64,000 nt of DNA from an uncultured Lachnospiraceae bacterium (GCA_947594855.1 CANQEL010000003.1:39120-103119); one strand, 5' to 3'; positions 51,989 to 61,279 are shown, numbered from the stretch's first letter. Made by a program: numbers and translations. Notes: a model not told the origin generated them from the sequence alone.

Positions 51989-53080
51989 TTACAGACCTGC
52001 CCGGACTATTCTTCCGCCGCCGACAACCAGGTCACCATCGTACAGCACTACTGCCTGGCCTTTGGTAACAGCTCTGACCGGCTCGTCAAATATAACCTCG
52101 ACACTGCCGTCTCCCCGCACTTTCGCATGCGCGGGTTTTTCAGTCTGGGAATACCTTGTTTTTGCCGTAACTTTTATCTCTTTTTCCGGGCTTTCATATG
52201 CAATCCAGTTGAAATCTTTTGCAATAAGCGCATCAGTAAACAGTTCCTCATTTTTCCCAAGTACTACTTCATTGGAAGCAAGCCGTTTTTCACATACGTA
52301 TGCGGGCTCTTTAAGCGAAAGCCCAAGGCCTTTTCTCTGCCCTATAGTATAATATATAATCCCTTTATGGTTACCAAGGATATCGCCATTACGGTTTATA
52401 AAATTGCCGTTTTCATATTCTTTACCAGTATATCTTTTTATGAATCCGGCATAATCCCCGTCAGGCACAAAACATATATCCTGACTGTCGCGTTTTTTTG
52501 CATTGACAAATCCGTATTCATATGCAATCTGTCTTATTTTATCTTTCGTATATCCGCCCAGCGGAAATCTGGTATGCGCAAGCTGTTCCTGTGTCATTGA
52601 ATATAATACATAGCTTTGGTCCTTATTAGTATCAAGACCTTTTTTTAAAAAATATCTTCCTGATTTTTCATCATATTCAACCCTTGCATAATGCCCTGTT
52701 GCAACATAATCATAACCAAGCGTTTTTGCCTTCAGATGAAGTTTCTCAAATTTCATATATCTGTTACAGTCTATACACGGATTCGGAGTCATGCCGTTCT
52801 CATATGCATATACAAACCTGTCAATTACCTGTTTTGAAAAATCATCTTTAAAATTAAACACATAATACGGTATACCCAGACTCGCTGCAACGCTCCGTGC
52901 ATCATATACATCATCTGCAGAACAGCAGGTTTTCGCCGCAGCAGTATCATTCACCTCATTTTCATAAAGCTTCATTGTAACCCCTGCGCACTCATATCCT
53001 TCTGATTTGAGCAGTGCTGCCGCCACAGAACTGTCCACTCCGCCACTCATGGCTATAAGTACTTTTTTATTCTTTTCCAT
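51989..53080 (-). CDS. mnmA: tRNA 2-thiouridine(34) synthase MnmA
   Basis: PP-loop SGGVDSS just after MEKNKKVLIAM. The 40-codon upstream extension in the ORF track overlaps nifU and is unlikely to be real. Confidence 0.9.
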   Translation of the reverse strand: MEKNKKVLIAMSGGVDSSVAAALLKSEGYECAGVTMKLYENEVNDTAAAKTCCSADDVYDARSVAASLGIPYYVFNFKDDFSKQVIDRFVYAYENGMTPNPCIDCNRYMKFEKLHLKAKTLGYDYVATGHYARVEYDEKSGRYFLKKGLDTNKDQSYVLYSMTQEQLAHTRFPLGGYTKDKIRQIAYEYGFVNAKKRDSQDICFVPDGDYAGFIKRYTGKEYENGNFINRNGDILGNHKGIIYYTIGQRKGLGLSLKEPAYVCEKRLASNEVVLGKNEELFTDALIAKDFNWIAYESPEKEIKVTAKTRYSQTEKPAHAKVRGDGSVEVIFDEPVRAVTKGQAVVLYDGDLVVGGGRIVRAGL

Positions 53081-53450
53081 GTTTACTATAATAATCCTCA
53101 ATAGCTGCCTTAATAGCTTCCTCAGCAAGTACCGAACAGTGAATCTTCTGTGCAGGCAGTCCGTCAAGCGCTTCAACCACAGCCTTGTTTGTAATCTCAA
53201 GAGCCTCTTCTACAGGCTTTCCTTTAATCATTTCTGTTGCCATTGAACTGGAGGCAATAGCTGAACCGCAGCCAAATGTATTGAATTTTACATCCGTTAT
53301 GATACCGTCGTTTACCTTAATATACATTTTCATAATGTCTCCACATTTGGCATTACCAACCTCGCCAATTCCATCGGCATCATCCATTTTACCTACATTT
53401 CTTGGATTCTGAAAGTGATCCATTACTTTTTCGCTGTATAACATATCCAA
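53067..53450 (-). CDS. nifU: Fe-S cluster assembly scaffold protein (IscU/NifU N-terminal type)
   Basis: GNAKCGD, FGCGSAIASS and LPAQKIHCS conserved Cys motifs. Confidence 0.9.
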   Translation of the reverse strand: MDMLYSEKVMDHFQNPRNVGKMDDADGIGEVGNAKCGDIMKMYIKVNDGIITDVKFNTFGCGSAIASSSMATEMIKGKPVEEALEITNKAVVEALDGLPAQKIHCSVLAEEAIKAAIEDYYSKHGKE

Positions 53451-53467
53451 TTCTCCTTTATATATAA

Positions 53468-54658
53468 CTATTCAAAATAAAATTGCTTTTTACCTGTAGA
53501 AAGGTCTTCCCACACAGGCGACATATCCCTGAGATATTCCACCACATCTGAAACTGAGCTGATTATATAATCCATCTCCTCTTCCGTATTTGATTCATCT
53601 ATTGACAATCTGAGCGAACCATGCGCAACCTCGTGCGGAAGCCCCAGCGCCAAAAGCACATGGCTTGGGTCAAGCGAGCCTGATGTACATGCCGAGCCCG
53701 AAGAAGCTGATATTCCCCTGGCGTCCAAAAGAAGCAGCAGCGATTCTCCTTCAATACCTTCAAAACAGAAATTAACAGTACCCGGAAGCCTTTTATCAGC
53801 ATCGCCGTTAAGCTTTGAATGAGGTATCTTTTTAAGCCCCCGGATAAGCCTGTCGCGAAGTACAGTTACCTTTTCGGCCGCCGGTACGATACCGTCACAT
53901 GCCTCCTTAAGCGCTGCCGCCATCGATACAATTGCAGGAAGATTTTCCGTTCCTGCCCTTTTCCCTTTTTCCTGCGCGCCGCCCTCAATAATATTTGTAA
54001 GCGGTATCCCGGTCCTTGCATACAATGCCCCTGTTCCTTTCGGCCCATGGAATTTGTGCGCTGATATTGAAAGCATATCTATATTCTGTTCCACAACATC
54101 TATATCCACATGTCCAGCTGCCTGAACTGCATCCGTATGGAACCATACTCCGTGTTTTTTGCATACGGCGCCTATCTCTTTTACCGGCTGAATTGTTCCA
54201 ATCTCATTATTGGCGTACATAATAGTTACAAGTACCGTATCCTCTCTTATCGCAGCTTCCACTTCATCCGCCGTAACTACACCATTTTCATGCACATCAA
54301 GATATGTCACCTCAAAACCTGCTCTTTCAAGCTTCATAAGTGTATGCAGAACCGCATGATGCTCAAACGCTGTTGATATAATATGCAGCTTATTTTTCTT
54401 ACGTCCGAATTCCGCTGCAGATATAATAGCCTGATTATCAGCTTCACTTCCCCCTGAAGTAAAATATATTTCCTTAGGGTCCGCATTAATGCATCCGGCA
54501 ACAGTTTCTCTTGCTTCCAATAGTTTTGAAGCAGCAAGCTGCCCTATTGTATACAGGCTTGATGGATTACCATAATACTCATCCATACATTTTACCATAG
54601 CATCCCTCGCTGTTTTGCTCATCCTGGTTGTAGCGGCATTATCCGCATATATTTTCAT
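53468..54658 (-). CDS. nifS: cysteine desulfurase (NifS/IscS class)
   Basis: PLP lysine SAHKFHGPKG and active-site loop SSGSACTSG. Confidence 0.9.
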   Translation of the reverse strand: MKIYADNAATTRMSKTARDAMVKCMDEYYGNPSSLYTIGQLAASKLLEARETVAGCINADPKEIYFTSGGSEADNQAIISAAEFGRKKNKLHIISTAFEHHAVLHTLMKLERAGFEVTYLDVHENGVVTADEVEAAIREDTVLVTIMYANNEIGTIQPVKEIGAVCKKHGVWFHTDAVQAAGHVDIDVVEQNIDMLSISAHKFHGPKGTGALYARTGIPLTNIIEGGAQEKGKRAGTENLPAIVSMAAALKEACDGIVPAAEKVTVLRDRLIRGLKKIPHSKLNGDADKRLPGTVNFCFEGIEGESLLLLLDARGISASSGSACTSGSLDPSHVLLALGLPHEVAHGSLRLSIDESNTEEEMDYIISSVSDVVEYLRDMSPVWEDLSTGKKQFYFE

Positions 54659-54689
54659 ACCGTCTCTCCTTATCCAATATATTTTTTAT

Positions 54690-55094
54690 TTATTTCATTT
54701 CAAGTATATCCTTTAACGTAACGCTTTCAAGGTAATCATCTACAACTCGGTCAAGATTCCTCCACAGCGGAAGTGAAACACACTCTTCTGCCTTTTCACA
54801 TCCTGCCGTGCCGTCAAGGCAGCTCACCGGTGCAAGACTCCCTTCAGATATCTTCAGTATCGAGCCTGCCGTATATTCATCTGTACCTCTTGAAAGCCTG
54901 TAGCCCCCGCTCTTACCGCGCTGGCTGCTTACAAAGCCTGCCTTATTAAGTATTCCCACAATTGCCTCAAGATATTTGATTGATATATCCTGCCTTTCTG
55001 CAATCTCCTTTAACGAAATATACGTACCGTCATTATGCTGCGCAAGGTCAATCATCACTTTTAAGGCATACCGCCCCTTTGTAGATATTTTCAT
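54690..55094 (-). CDS. Rrf2-family transcriptional regulator (CymR/IscR-like)
   Basis: MKISTKGRYALKVMIDLA...SLKEIAERQDIS wHTH. Three Cys in the C-terminal half (CLDGTAGCEKAEEC) could ligate a cluster. Confidence 0.85.
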   Translation of the reverse strand: MKISTKGRYALKVMIDLAQHNDGTYISLKEIAERQDISIKYLEAIVGILNKAGFVSSQRGKSGGYRLSRGTDEYTAGSILKISEGSLAPVSCLDGTAGCEKAEECVSLPLWRNLDRVVDDYLESVTLKDILEMK

Positions 55095-55106
55095 AACATA
55101 CACCTG

Positions 55107-56414
55107 CTATTCTATAGCTTTAAATGCTTCTGAAAGGTCCTCAATAATATCATCTATATGCTCTGTTCCTATTGACAGCCTTATTGTATTAGGCTTTATA
55201 CCCTGTTCAAGAAGTTCCGTCTCATTAAGCTGTGAATGTGTTGTAGTCGCCGGATGTATAACAAGCGACTTAACGTCTGCAACATTAGCGAGAAGTGAAA
55301 ACAGCTCAAGGTTATCAATAAATCTTGTTGCGGTTCCGCCATCCCCTTTAATCTCAAATGTAAAAATCGAACCTCCGCCATTCGGGAAGTATTTCTTATA
55401 AAGTTCTCTCTGTACCGGGTCATCTGATACTGCAGGATGATTAACCTTTTCAACCATAGGATGATTGTTAAGATATTCTACAACCTTAAGCGCATTTTTT
55501 ACATGCCTTTCCACACGAAGTGACAATGTTTCAAGTCCCTGCAGAAAGAAAAATGCATGAAACGGCGATAATGTTGCTCCCATATCACGAAGAAGTATTG
55601 CCCTTACCATTGTAACAAATGCCGCAGGGCCTACAGCCTTCGTAAAACTGAGTCCGTGATAAGAAGGATTAGGCTCTGATATCATAGGAAACTTTCCGGC
55701 TGCTTCCCAGTCAAATTTTCCTGAATCAACAATAACTCCGCCAATTGTAGTACCGTGTCCTCCGATAAACTTGGTAGCCGAATGAACAACTATATCCGCA
55801 CCGTATTCTATCGGTCTTACAAGATAAGGCGTTGCAAACGTATTGTCTGCAACAAGCGGTATATTGTGCTTATGCGCAATTTCTGCAAGTTTTTCAATGT
55901 CAACAACATCCGAATTAGGATTACCCATTGTCTCTATATACAACGCTTTGGTATTATCCCGGATTGCTGCTTCCACGCTTTCATAGTCAAATGGATTGAC
56001 AAATGTTGTATCTATACCATACTGTCTTAATGTATGTTCCAGAAGATTATAACTTCCTCCATATATATTATTGGCTGATACTATATGTTCCCCGGCAGCC
56101 GCCAGAGCCTGTATTGTATATGTTACCGCAGCAGAACCGGATGCAACCGCAAGCGCTGCCACTCCTCCCTCAAGCTTTGCCATTCTCTGTTCAAATACAT
56201 CCTGCGTCGGATTAGTAAGCCTTCCATATATATTTCCTGCATCCGTAAGGTTAAACCTTGCTTCTGCATGTTCACAGTTGCGGAAAACATATGATGATGT
56301 CTGGTATATCGGAACCGACCTCGCATCCGTCACAGGGTCAGGCTGTTCCTGTCCTGCATGAAGCTGCAAAGTTTCAAATCTCAGATTTCTGTCAGCATAC
56401 TCTTTTTTATTCAT
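55107..56414 (-). CDS. metY: O-acetylhomoserine aminocarboxypropyltransferase / sulfhydrylase (MetY/CysD family)
   Basis: PLP-dependent Cys/Met metabolism family. [10 protein letters not shown] carries the PLP lysine. AGGAGGA RBS. Confidence 0.9.
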   Translation of the reverse strand: MNKKEYADRNLRFETLQLHAGQEQPDPVTDARSVPIYQTSSYVFRNCEHAEARFNLTDAGNIYGRLTNPTQDVFEQRMAKLEGGVAALAVASGSAAVTYTIQALAAAGEHIVSANNIYGGSYNLLEHTLRQYGIDTTFVNPFDYESVEAAIRDNTKALYIETMGNPNSDVVDIEKLAEIAHKHNIPLVADNTFATPYLVRPIEYGADIVVHSATKFIGGHGTTIGGVIVDSGKFDWEAAGKFPMISEPNPSYHGLSFTKAVGPAAFVTMVRAILLRDMGATLSPFHAFFFLQGLETLSLRVERHVKNALKVVEYLNNHPMVEKVNHPAVSDDPVQRELYKKYFPNGGGSIFTFEIKGDGGTATRFIDNLELFSLLANVADVKSLVIHPATTTHSQLNETELLEQGIKPNTIRLSIGTEHIDDIIEDLSEAFKAIE

Positions 56415-56434
56415 ATTATAATCCTCCTGCCACT

Positions 56435-56494
56435 AAATTCCTATTATTTTTATAGGATTATATGTATACTATCACCAATACCATGTTTTGTAAA
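56435..56494 (-). promoter_or_regulatory. metY promoter (TTTACA-17-TGaTAGTAT) with a downstream inverted repeat TCCTAT-N7-ATAGGA (candidate Rrf2/CymR operator)
   Basis: Minus strand: TTTACA (56494-56489), 17-nt spacer, TAGTAT (56471-56466) preceded by TG. The sequence AATCCTATAAAAATAATAGGAATTT (56460-56436) contains ATAGGAATT, which I recall as the conserved end of the B. subtilis CymR box. Confidence 0.4.
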
Positions 56495-56516
56495 GACTAA
56501 TTTTAATTACAAATAT

Positions 56517-56555
56517 GCAAAAACAGACCGCCGCACTAAAAAGCGCGTCGGTCTG
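56517..56555 (-). terminator. rho-independent terminator after the small secreted-peptide gene
   Basis: CAGACCGNCGC...GCGNCGGTCTG GC-rich hairpin followed on the minus strand by TTTTTGC. Confidence 0.65.
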
Positions 56556-56589
56556 CCCGGTATCGTAAGTAATTAATCCTTTATAAGGA

Positions 56590-56814
56590 TTATATATACT
56601 CCCATTCTGTGAGCCACTTCATGTAAGTAATGGACCAAAGCCTGTGCTGAATCCTTCCGTTACATACACGGTAATACCACTTTTTTTCCTCCTTGCAAGG
56701 CTGCGCCACGGAACCCGCTCCCGGCGCTGCCGCCTGCGCAGGCACCTCCGGTATACATACCGTTAACAGAGACGCTGCAAGTACCATACATGCTAAACAT
56801 TTCTTAACCTTCAC
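56590..56814 (-). CDS. small secreted Cys/Trp-rich peptide precursor (74 aa), unknown function
   Basis: GTG start overlaps the M56 stop (GTGA). GGGAGGA SD sits 6 nt upstream. Signal peptide MKVKKCLACMVLAASLLTVCIPEVPAQA. The mature ~46 aa carry 2 Cys and 5 Trp. Confidence 0.6.
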   Translation of the reverse strand: MKVKKCLACMVLAASLLTVCIPEVPAQAAAPGAGSVAQPCKEEKKWYYRVCNGRIQHRLWSITYMKWLTEWEYI

Positions 56815-57998
56815 TCTAAGTCCTCCCTTTTGTATATTTTTAATGATGATAATTCATCAATTTTAGGATTCTCGATAACACCTACTTTTTTCTCATCAAT
56901 ATAGAGCGAATAAGTCCCGTCGGGCTCTTTTACCAAATATGAATTATCAGGGTCTATATCAAAAGCAGTATCAAGATCATATTCATAAATTTCTTCCTTA
57001 TACTCTTTCGGTACACCTGCCGACTGTATAATGAACATATATGATATTACTACCATTACCACCATAACAGTATAAAATACTACTAACGTGGATTTTTTAG
57101 TGCCTTTTAATTTTCCTGATTCTATCATATAATTGAATCTCTGTTTAATCTGATTATCGTTCATTCTTGCAGTGAAAAATTCCAGTTTAATATCATTGTA
57201 TGTATATGTTGGAGCATCTCCTTTTACCTTACGCATAATCTTCATTATGCTTTCAAGATATTCAATCTTCTCATCCTCATTCATATTCTTAGATAAATTC
57301 AAATCACTTTTTATCTCAAGAGTAGTATCAATGTTATACTTAAAGATATATATGACCGGATTCCACCAGTATATTGCACAAACTATATCCAAAAGAAACT
57401 TAACCCACAGGTCTTTATGTACATAATGCATCCATTCATGAGAAAGTGTATAATACAGTTCAGGTTCCGAAAACTCTATATCAGGCAGGTATATTGCGGG
57501 TCTTATAAGACCTGATATGAGCGGAACATTAACTTTCGTCGTACATATAATACGCATTTTATCCGCCTTGCCGCCTGTAATCTCATCTACAATTAAATAT
57601 AGATTTTCATCATCTGCCTCTTTCTCACCAATCATACATATCTTGAAACGAATGAGTCCAATAAGTATCCTGAGTACATAAATAACACTTCCTGCTATCC
57701 ATAGAATAATACACATATCAATTATTCTGATTGTATATGCATCAGAAAATCTTTGAAATGGAGCATAATTTAGAAAATTTATTATAGCAGGAAATATTTT
57801 ATATGACCTTATTACTATTGCAGTTCCAAATTCAAATCCCAAAAACAGTCTTAACAGGCTAATTATCATAACACATAATACCGAATATATGGTTATATGA
57901 ATTATGAATTTATTTCTCTTCATCAAAAAATGAACTGCAATAACAAAAATATCGCACCATAAAACGGCCATCATAAAAGAGAAAATACTCGATGTCAT
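56811..57998 (-). CDS. M56-family (BlaR1/MecR1-like) membrane metalloprotease lacking a penicillin-binding sensor domain
   Basis: HEWMH zinc motif in the loop after TM3. Four or more TM segments. Only ~66 aa lie beyond the last TM. 4-nt overlap with blaI. Confidence 0.85.
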   Translation of the reverse strand: MTSSIFSFMMAVLWCDIFVIAVHFLMKRNKFIIHITIYSVLCVMIISLLRLFLGFEFGTAIVIRSYKIFPAIINFLNYAPFQRFSDAYTIRIIDMCIILWIAGSVIYVLRILIGLIRFKICMIGEKEADDENLYLIVDEITGGKADKMRIICTTKVNVPLISGLIRPAIYLPDIEFSEPELYYTLSHEWMHYVHKDLWVKFLLDIVCAIYWWNPVIYIFKYNIDTTLEIKSDLNLSKNMNEDEKIEYLESIMKIMRKVKGDAPTYTYNDIKLEFFTARMNDNQIKQRFNYMIESGKLKGTKKSTLVVFYTVMVVMVVISYMFIIQSAGVPKEYKEEIYEYDLDTAFDIDPDNSYLVKEPDGTYSLYIDEKKVGVIENPKIDELSSLKIYKREDLE

Positions 57999-58399
57999 TT
58001 TTTTAACTGTGTTTTCCTTTCACTAATCATCTGTTCAAGTTCATCAAGCACGTTATCATTTATGTTATCATCTTTAATCAGTGCTGCAAATATTGAAGTT
58101 ATGGCAGAACCCTTTGATTTCTTATAATAATTGTTCTGCTTTAATGACAACACAATATGCTCCTCCGGGGTAATATTAGGGAAATAAGTTCTTCCATAAT
58201 TCTTACCTGTCTTTACAAATCCTTTAACACAAATAGCATCCTTGTCCAAAAGCTTGTTAAGCAGAATATGAATTGAACTTGCCTTCCAGGAACGATTTGG
58301 GGATAACTCAATAATCTCTGACCTTGAAAGCGGCCTGTTTTCATGCCACAGTAACTCCATAATTTCTAACTCGTTTTCTGTCAATGAAATACCATCCAT
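57995..58399 (-). CDS. BlaI/MecI/CopY-family transcriptional repressor
   Basis: LTENELEIMELLW...RPLSRSEIIE...SWKASSIHILLNKLLDK is the winged helix of the Penicillinase_R family. Confidence 0.9.
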   Translation of the reverse strand: MDGISLTENELEIMELLWHENRPLSRSEIIELSPNRSWKASSIHILLNKLLDKDAICVKGFVKTGKNYGRTYFPNITPEEHIVLSLKQNNYYKKSKGSAITSIFAALIKDDNINDNVLDELEQMISERKTQLKK

Positions 58400-58412
58400 T
58401 ATGTTTCACCAC

Positions 58413-58456
58413 CTAACTGTTAGCTATATTATAAGTACCGTTTTCAAATTTGTCAA
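58413..58456 (-). promoter_or_regulatory. consensus sigmaA promoter (TTGACA-17-TATAAT) with palindrome CTAACnGTTAG between the -10 and the RBS (candidate BlaI-like operator)
   Basis: Minus strand TTGACA (58456-58451), 17-nt spacer, TATAAT (58433-58428). The 5-1-5 palindrome lies at 58413-58423. Confidence 0.55.
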
Positions 58457-58624
58457 TTTATCAGCAATTATATAGAATTCTCATTATTATTATTCTATTT
58501 TCTACATTATCTATATTACTACCGGATATATAGTTATGTCAATAATAATATTAAAAAATTTTTTAAATATTTTTTCTAAAATTTCTTTTATAAATAAGAC
58601 CGTACAAACACAAAGGGTTAAACA

Positions 58625-58671
58625 AAATAAAAAGGTGCTGTCGCTTAAATAACCACTTAACGCGACAGCAC
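58625..58671 (-). terminator. rho-independent terminator after rubrerythrin
   Basis: GTGCTGTCGC/GCGACAGCAC 10-bp stem followed on the minus strand by TTTTTATTTT. Confidence 0.65.
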
Positions 58672-58710
58672 TCTTTTAGTTCAATACGTATTTAATTCAC
58701 AAAACTTTTC

Positions 58711-59253
58711 TTATCCGAAATATCTCTCAAGAAGTCCCTTAAACGCCTTTCCGTGTCTTGCCTCGTCTCTTGCCATCTCATGAACGGTATCATGGATTGC
58801 ATCAAGGTTAAGAGCCTTAGCGCGCTTAGCAAGGTCTGTCTTTCCTGCCGTAGCTCCGTTCTCAGCTTCAACACGCATCTCAAGATTCTTCTTGGTACTG
58901 TCTGTTACAACTTCTCCGAGAAGTTCTGCGAATTTGGCAGCATGCTCTGCTTCCTCGTAAGCTGCTTTCTCCCAGTACATACCAATCTCAGGATATCCCT
59001 CTCTATGTGCTACTCTTGCCATTGCAAGATACATACCAACTTCTGAACATTCTCCATTGAAGTTTGCACGCAGATCTTCAATGATATCCTCAGGTACTCC
59101 CTGCGCAACTCCCACAACATGCTCTGATGCCCATGTCATATCTCCGCTCTGCTTTGTAAATTTGCTTGCAGGCGCATTGCACTGCGGACATTTTTCAGGA
59201 GCTGAATCTCCCTCATGTACATAACCGCATACTGAACATACATATTTTGCCAT
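58711..59253 (-). CDS. reverse rubrerythrin (N-terminal rubredoxin-like domain, C-terminal ferritin-like di-iron domain)
   Basis: N-terminus CSVCGY...CPQC. Di-iron E..H motifs follow ([17 protein letters not shown]). The domain order is inverted relative to classical rubrerythrin. Confidence 0.9.
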   Translation of the reverse strand: MAKYVCSVCGYVHEGDSAPEKCPQCNAPASKFTKQSGDMTWASEHVVGVAQGVPEDIIEDLRANFNGECSEVGMYLAMARVAHREGYPEIGMYWEKAAYEEAEHAAKFAELLGEVVTDSTKKNLEMRVEAENGATAGKTDLAKRAKALNLDAIHDTVHEMARDEARHGKAFKGLLERYFG

Positions 59254-59291
59254 AATTAATCTCTCCTTTTATTTGAATTTTTTAATAATAA

Positions 59292-59306
59292 TAGTAATTA
59301 TTACTA
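59292..59306. promoter_or_regulatory. perfect 7-1-7 palindrome TAGTAATnATTACTA (Fur/PerR-family box candidate) upstream of reverse rubrerythrin
   Basis: Read directly, 39-53 nt upstream of the ATG. The core TAATnATTA matches the PerR/Fur 7-1-7 consensus TTATAATnATTATAA. Confidence 0.45.
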
Positions 59307-59365
59307 TCTAATAATATCTTATTTGCACTTCGGCTGTCAACAATATTCTGCTTTGTTTTATATTC

Positions 59366-61279
59366 CTATTTCACTATTCCTGACATCTTTTTAAAACCTG
59401 ATTTTCTGATTAGCTTTCTATATGCCGCCAGCTTCTTTGCAGGCACTTTAATCTTAAGTTTTGCGTTTGTTCCTTTAAATGCATTTTTACCTATGCTTTT
59501 TATATAAGCTGATTTTATCACTATTTTTTTAAGTTTCTTTGCTTTTGCAAATGCTTTCTTTGCAACTGAAACCACTTTATATTTATCGCCGTTTATCGTG
59601 ACTGTCTTAGGTATTGTCACCGATGGCTTATTTTTATTTACAAGCCCGATAACGCTTACTTTTTTCTCATTGCCCACTGCTGTAACTTTATATTTCAGAT
59701 TTCCGGCAGTATATACATCGCCGGTAACCGCACCAGGAACGGAATCAGTATATATATTCCCCGGTCCTTTTTGAAGTTTCACAAGCCCTGCAATTGCATT
59801 TGCAATGTCCTCCTGCGCTTTTGCAGCTTCTCCCTCTGTTGCAGATGAATTAGCATATATCTTCTTTGCAGCCTCAACAGCTGCTTTAAGCGTATCCATA
59901 CTGCCGGCTTCATATTCTGCCGGATTGATAAGCTCCGCTTCTTTTATCTTCGCTCCAAGCTCCAGAAGATGCTTGGGAAGCTGTGCAAATTCTGCCGTAA
60001 CGGTAAGATTTTCTGCTCTCATCTTAAACGTATCATCTGAAAGCTCAATCTCTCCTTCACTGCCCGTAACTTTAAACGAGCCCGGAACAAGATAGTAACC
60101 GTCATCTGCCTGCGCCGTCAGTTTAATGCTCTCCCCTGCATAATATGAATTACTGCACTGGTTAATCTTTCCATGCGTGACGCTGCTGTCCGCATTAATC
60201 TGATACCTGGTGAAAAGACTGGTCATAAGCACATCAGCCCAACGTTTTCCATGTTCAATAAGCCCTTTTTCGCTAAGATGAAGATTGTCAGTATGCCTGT
60301 AATCTCCAAGAAGGTCGTCAGTAGTCGGTCCTATAAATATATCATAATTATTGCAAAGCGACCTCTGCGTACCGGTTATCGCTTCCATTTTGGCAGTATT
60401 ATTATAATTAGACCATGCATACGATACCTGCGCAATTACCCACATAAGGTCGTATCCCGCATCCTCTCTTGTCATTGCAATCAGTTTCTTAAATGATGCA
60501 CTATATTCATCCATAGGAGTGGCATCCGTATCCGCCTCACCCTGATGGATAAGAAACGCTCTGTATCCATACCGGCTAAGTCCCGTTATAGCCTGCCTGA
60601 TAGTTTCATAATGTTCCGTGCAAAGTCCTTCTATTGTAGTACCTCCAAATCCTGTAGAACAGAATCCTACTGGTACTCCAAGCCTTTCTGTTAATTCATC
60701 ACCCAATGTAGGCCACGGCGAGCCTCCGCCGTTTCCGGTTGCAAATCCACTGCTATTCGGCTGGCTGTCCTCGCAATGCTGCCATATTCCCTGCGCAGCA
60801 TCATATGCCGACACCGTATCATATGCGGCAGCTGTTTTTGCGCCGCCAAAATTGCATGAGTTGGACTGGCCTCCAGTGATAAACACTTCTCCAACGCCAA
60901 TATGCTCTACGGCTGCATATGCAAGCTCTGAACCGGAATCATCATATACAGCCACTTCAAGCTGATACCATCCGCCTGCAGGAACATTCGGTATTACGCC
61001 GCTGTATTTTGATGTTTCTGACTTACCAAGTTCAGTCCAGTCATTTATTACGCTATCTCCATTTACAATTCTTGCCTTTACATGTCCTTCTCCGTCATAA
61101 ACGGCAGTTACTGATACGTCAGCGGTATTATCATAATTTCTCTGATATATTCCTCTGTCTGTCGGAAAATCAATTTCAATCTGTTCTGCAGCGCATACTT
61201 TATGTGACATCAAAAATATTCCTGCCAGCATAATAAAACATACAAAATATGTACTAATCCTGCTTATATATGTTCTCAT
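59366..61279 (-). CDS. secreted carbohydrate esterase-like protein (DUF303 / sialate-O-acetylesterase-type GGQSN motif) with a C-terminal LRR-type tail
   Basis: Signal peptide. FITGGQSNS motif and HQGEAD. Central Ig-like region. C-terminus IGKNAFKGTNAKLKIKVPAKKLAAYRKLI. Confidence 0.65.
   Translation of the reverse strand: MRTYISRISTYFVCFIMLAGIFLMSHKVCAAEQIEIDFPTDRGIYQRNYDNTADVSVTAVYDGEGHVKARIVNGDSVINDWTELGKSETSKYSGVIPNVPAGGWYQLEVAVYDDSGSELAYAAVEHIGVGEVFITGGQSNSCNFGGAKTAAAYDTVSAYDAAQGIWQHCEDSQPNSSGFATGNGGGSPWPTLGDELTERLGVPVGFCSTGFGGTTIEGLCTEHYETIRQAITGLSRYGYRAFLIHQGEADTDATPMDEYSASFKKLIAMTREDAGYDLMWVIAQVSYAWSNYNNTAKMEAITGTQRSLCNNYDIFIGPTTDDLLGDYRHTDNLHLSEKGLIEHGKRWADVLMTSLFTRYQINADSSVTHGKINQCSNSYYAGESIKLTAQADDGYYLVPGSFKVTGSEGEIELSDDTFKMRAENLTVTAEFAQLPKHLLELGAKIKEAELINPAEYEAGSMDTLKAAVEAAKKIYANSSATEGEAAKAQEDIANAIAGLVKLQKGPGNIYTDSVPGAVTGDVYTAGNLKYKVTAVGNEKKVSVIGLVNKNKPSVTIPKTVTINGDKYKVVSVAKKAFAKAKKLKKIVIKSAYIKSIGKNAFKGTNAKLKIKVPAKKLAAYRKLIRKSGFKKMSGIVK

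Noticed and set aside
56415-56589. I looked for an S-box (SAM) riboswitch or T-box leader upstream of metY.
   Set aside because: The region holds a terminator for the upstream gene and a promoter only about 50 nt from the ATG. There is no room for such a leader and no conserved riboswitch cores were seen.
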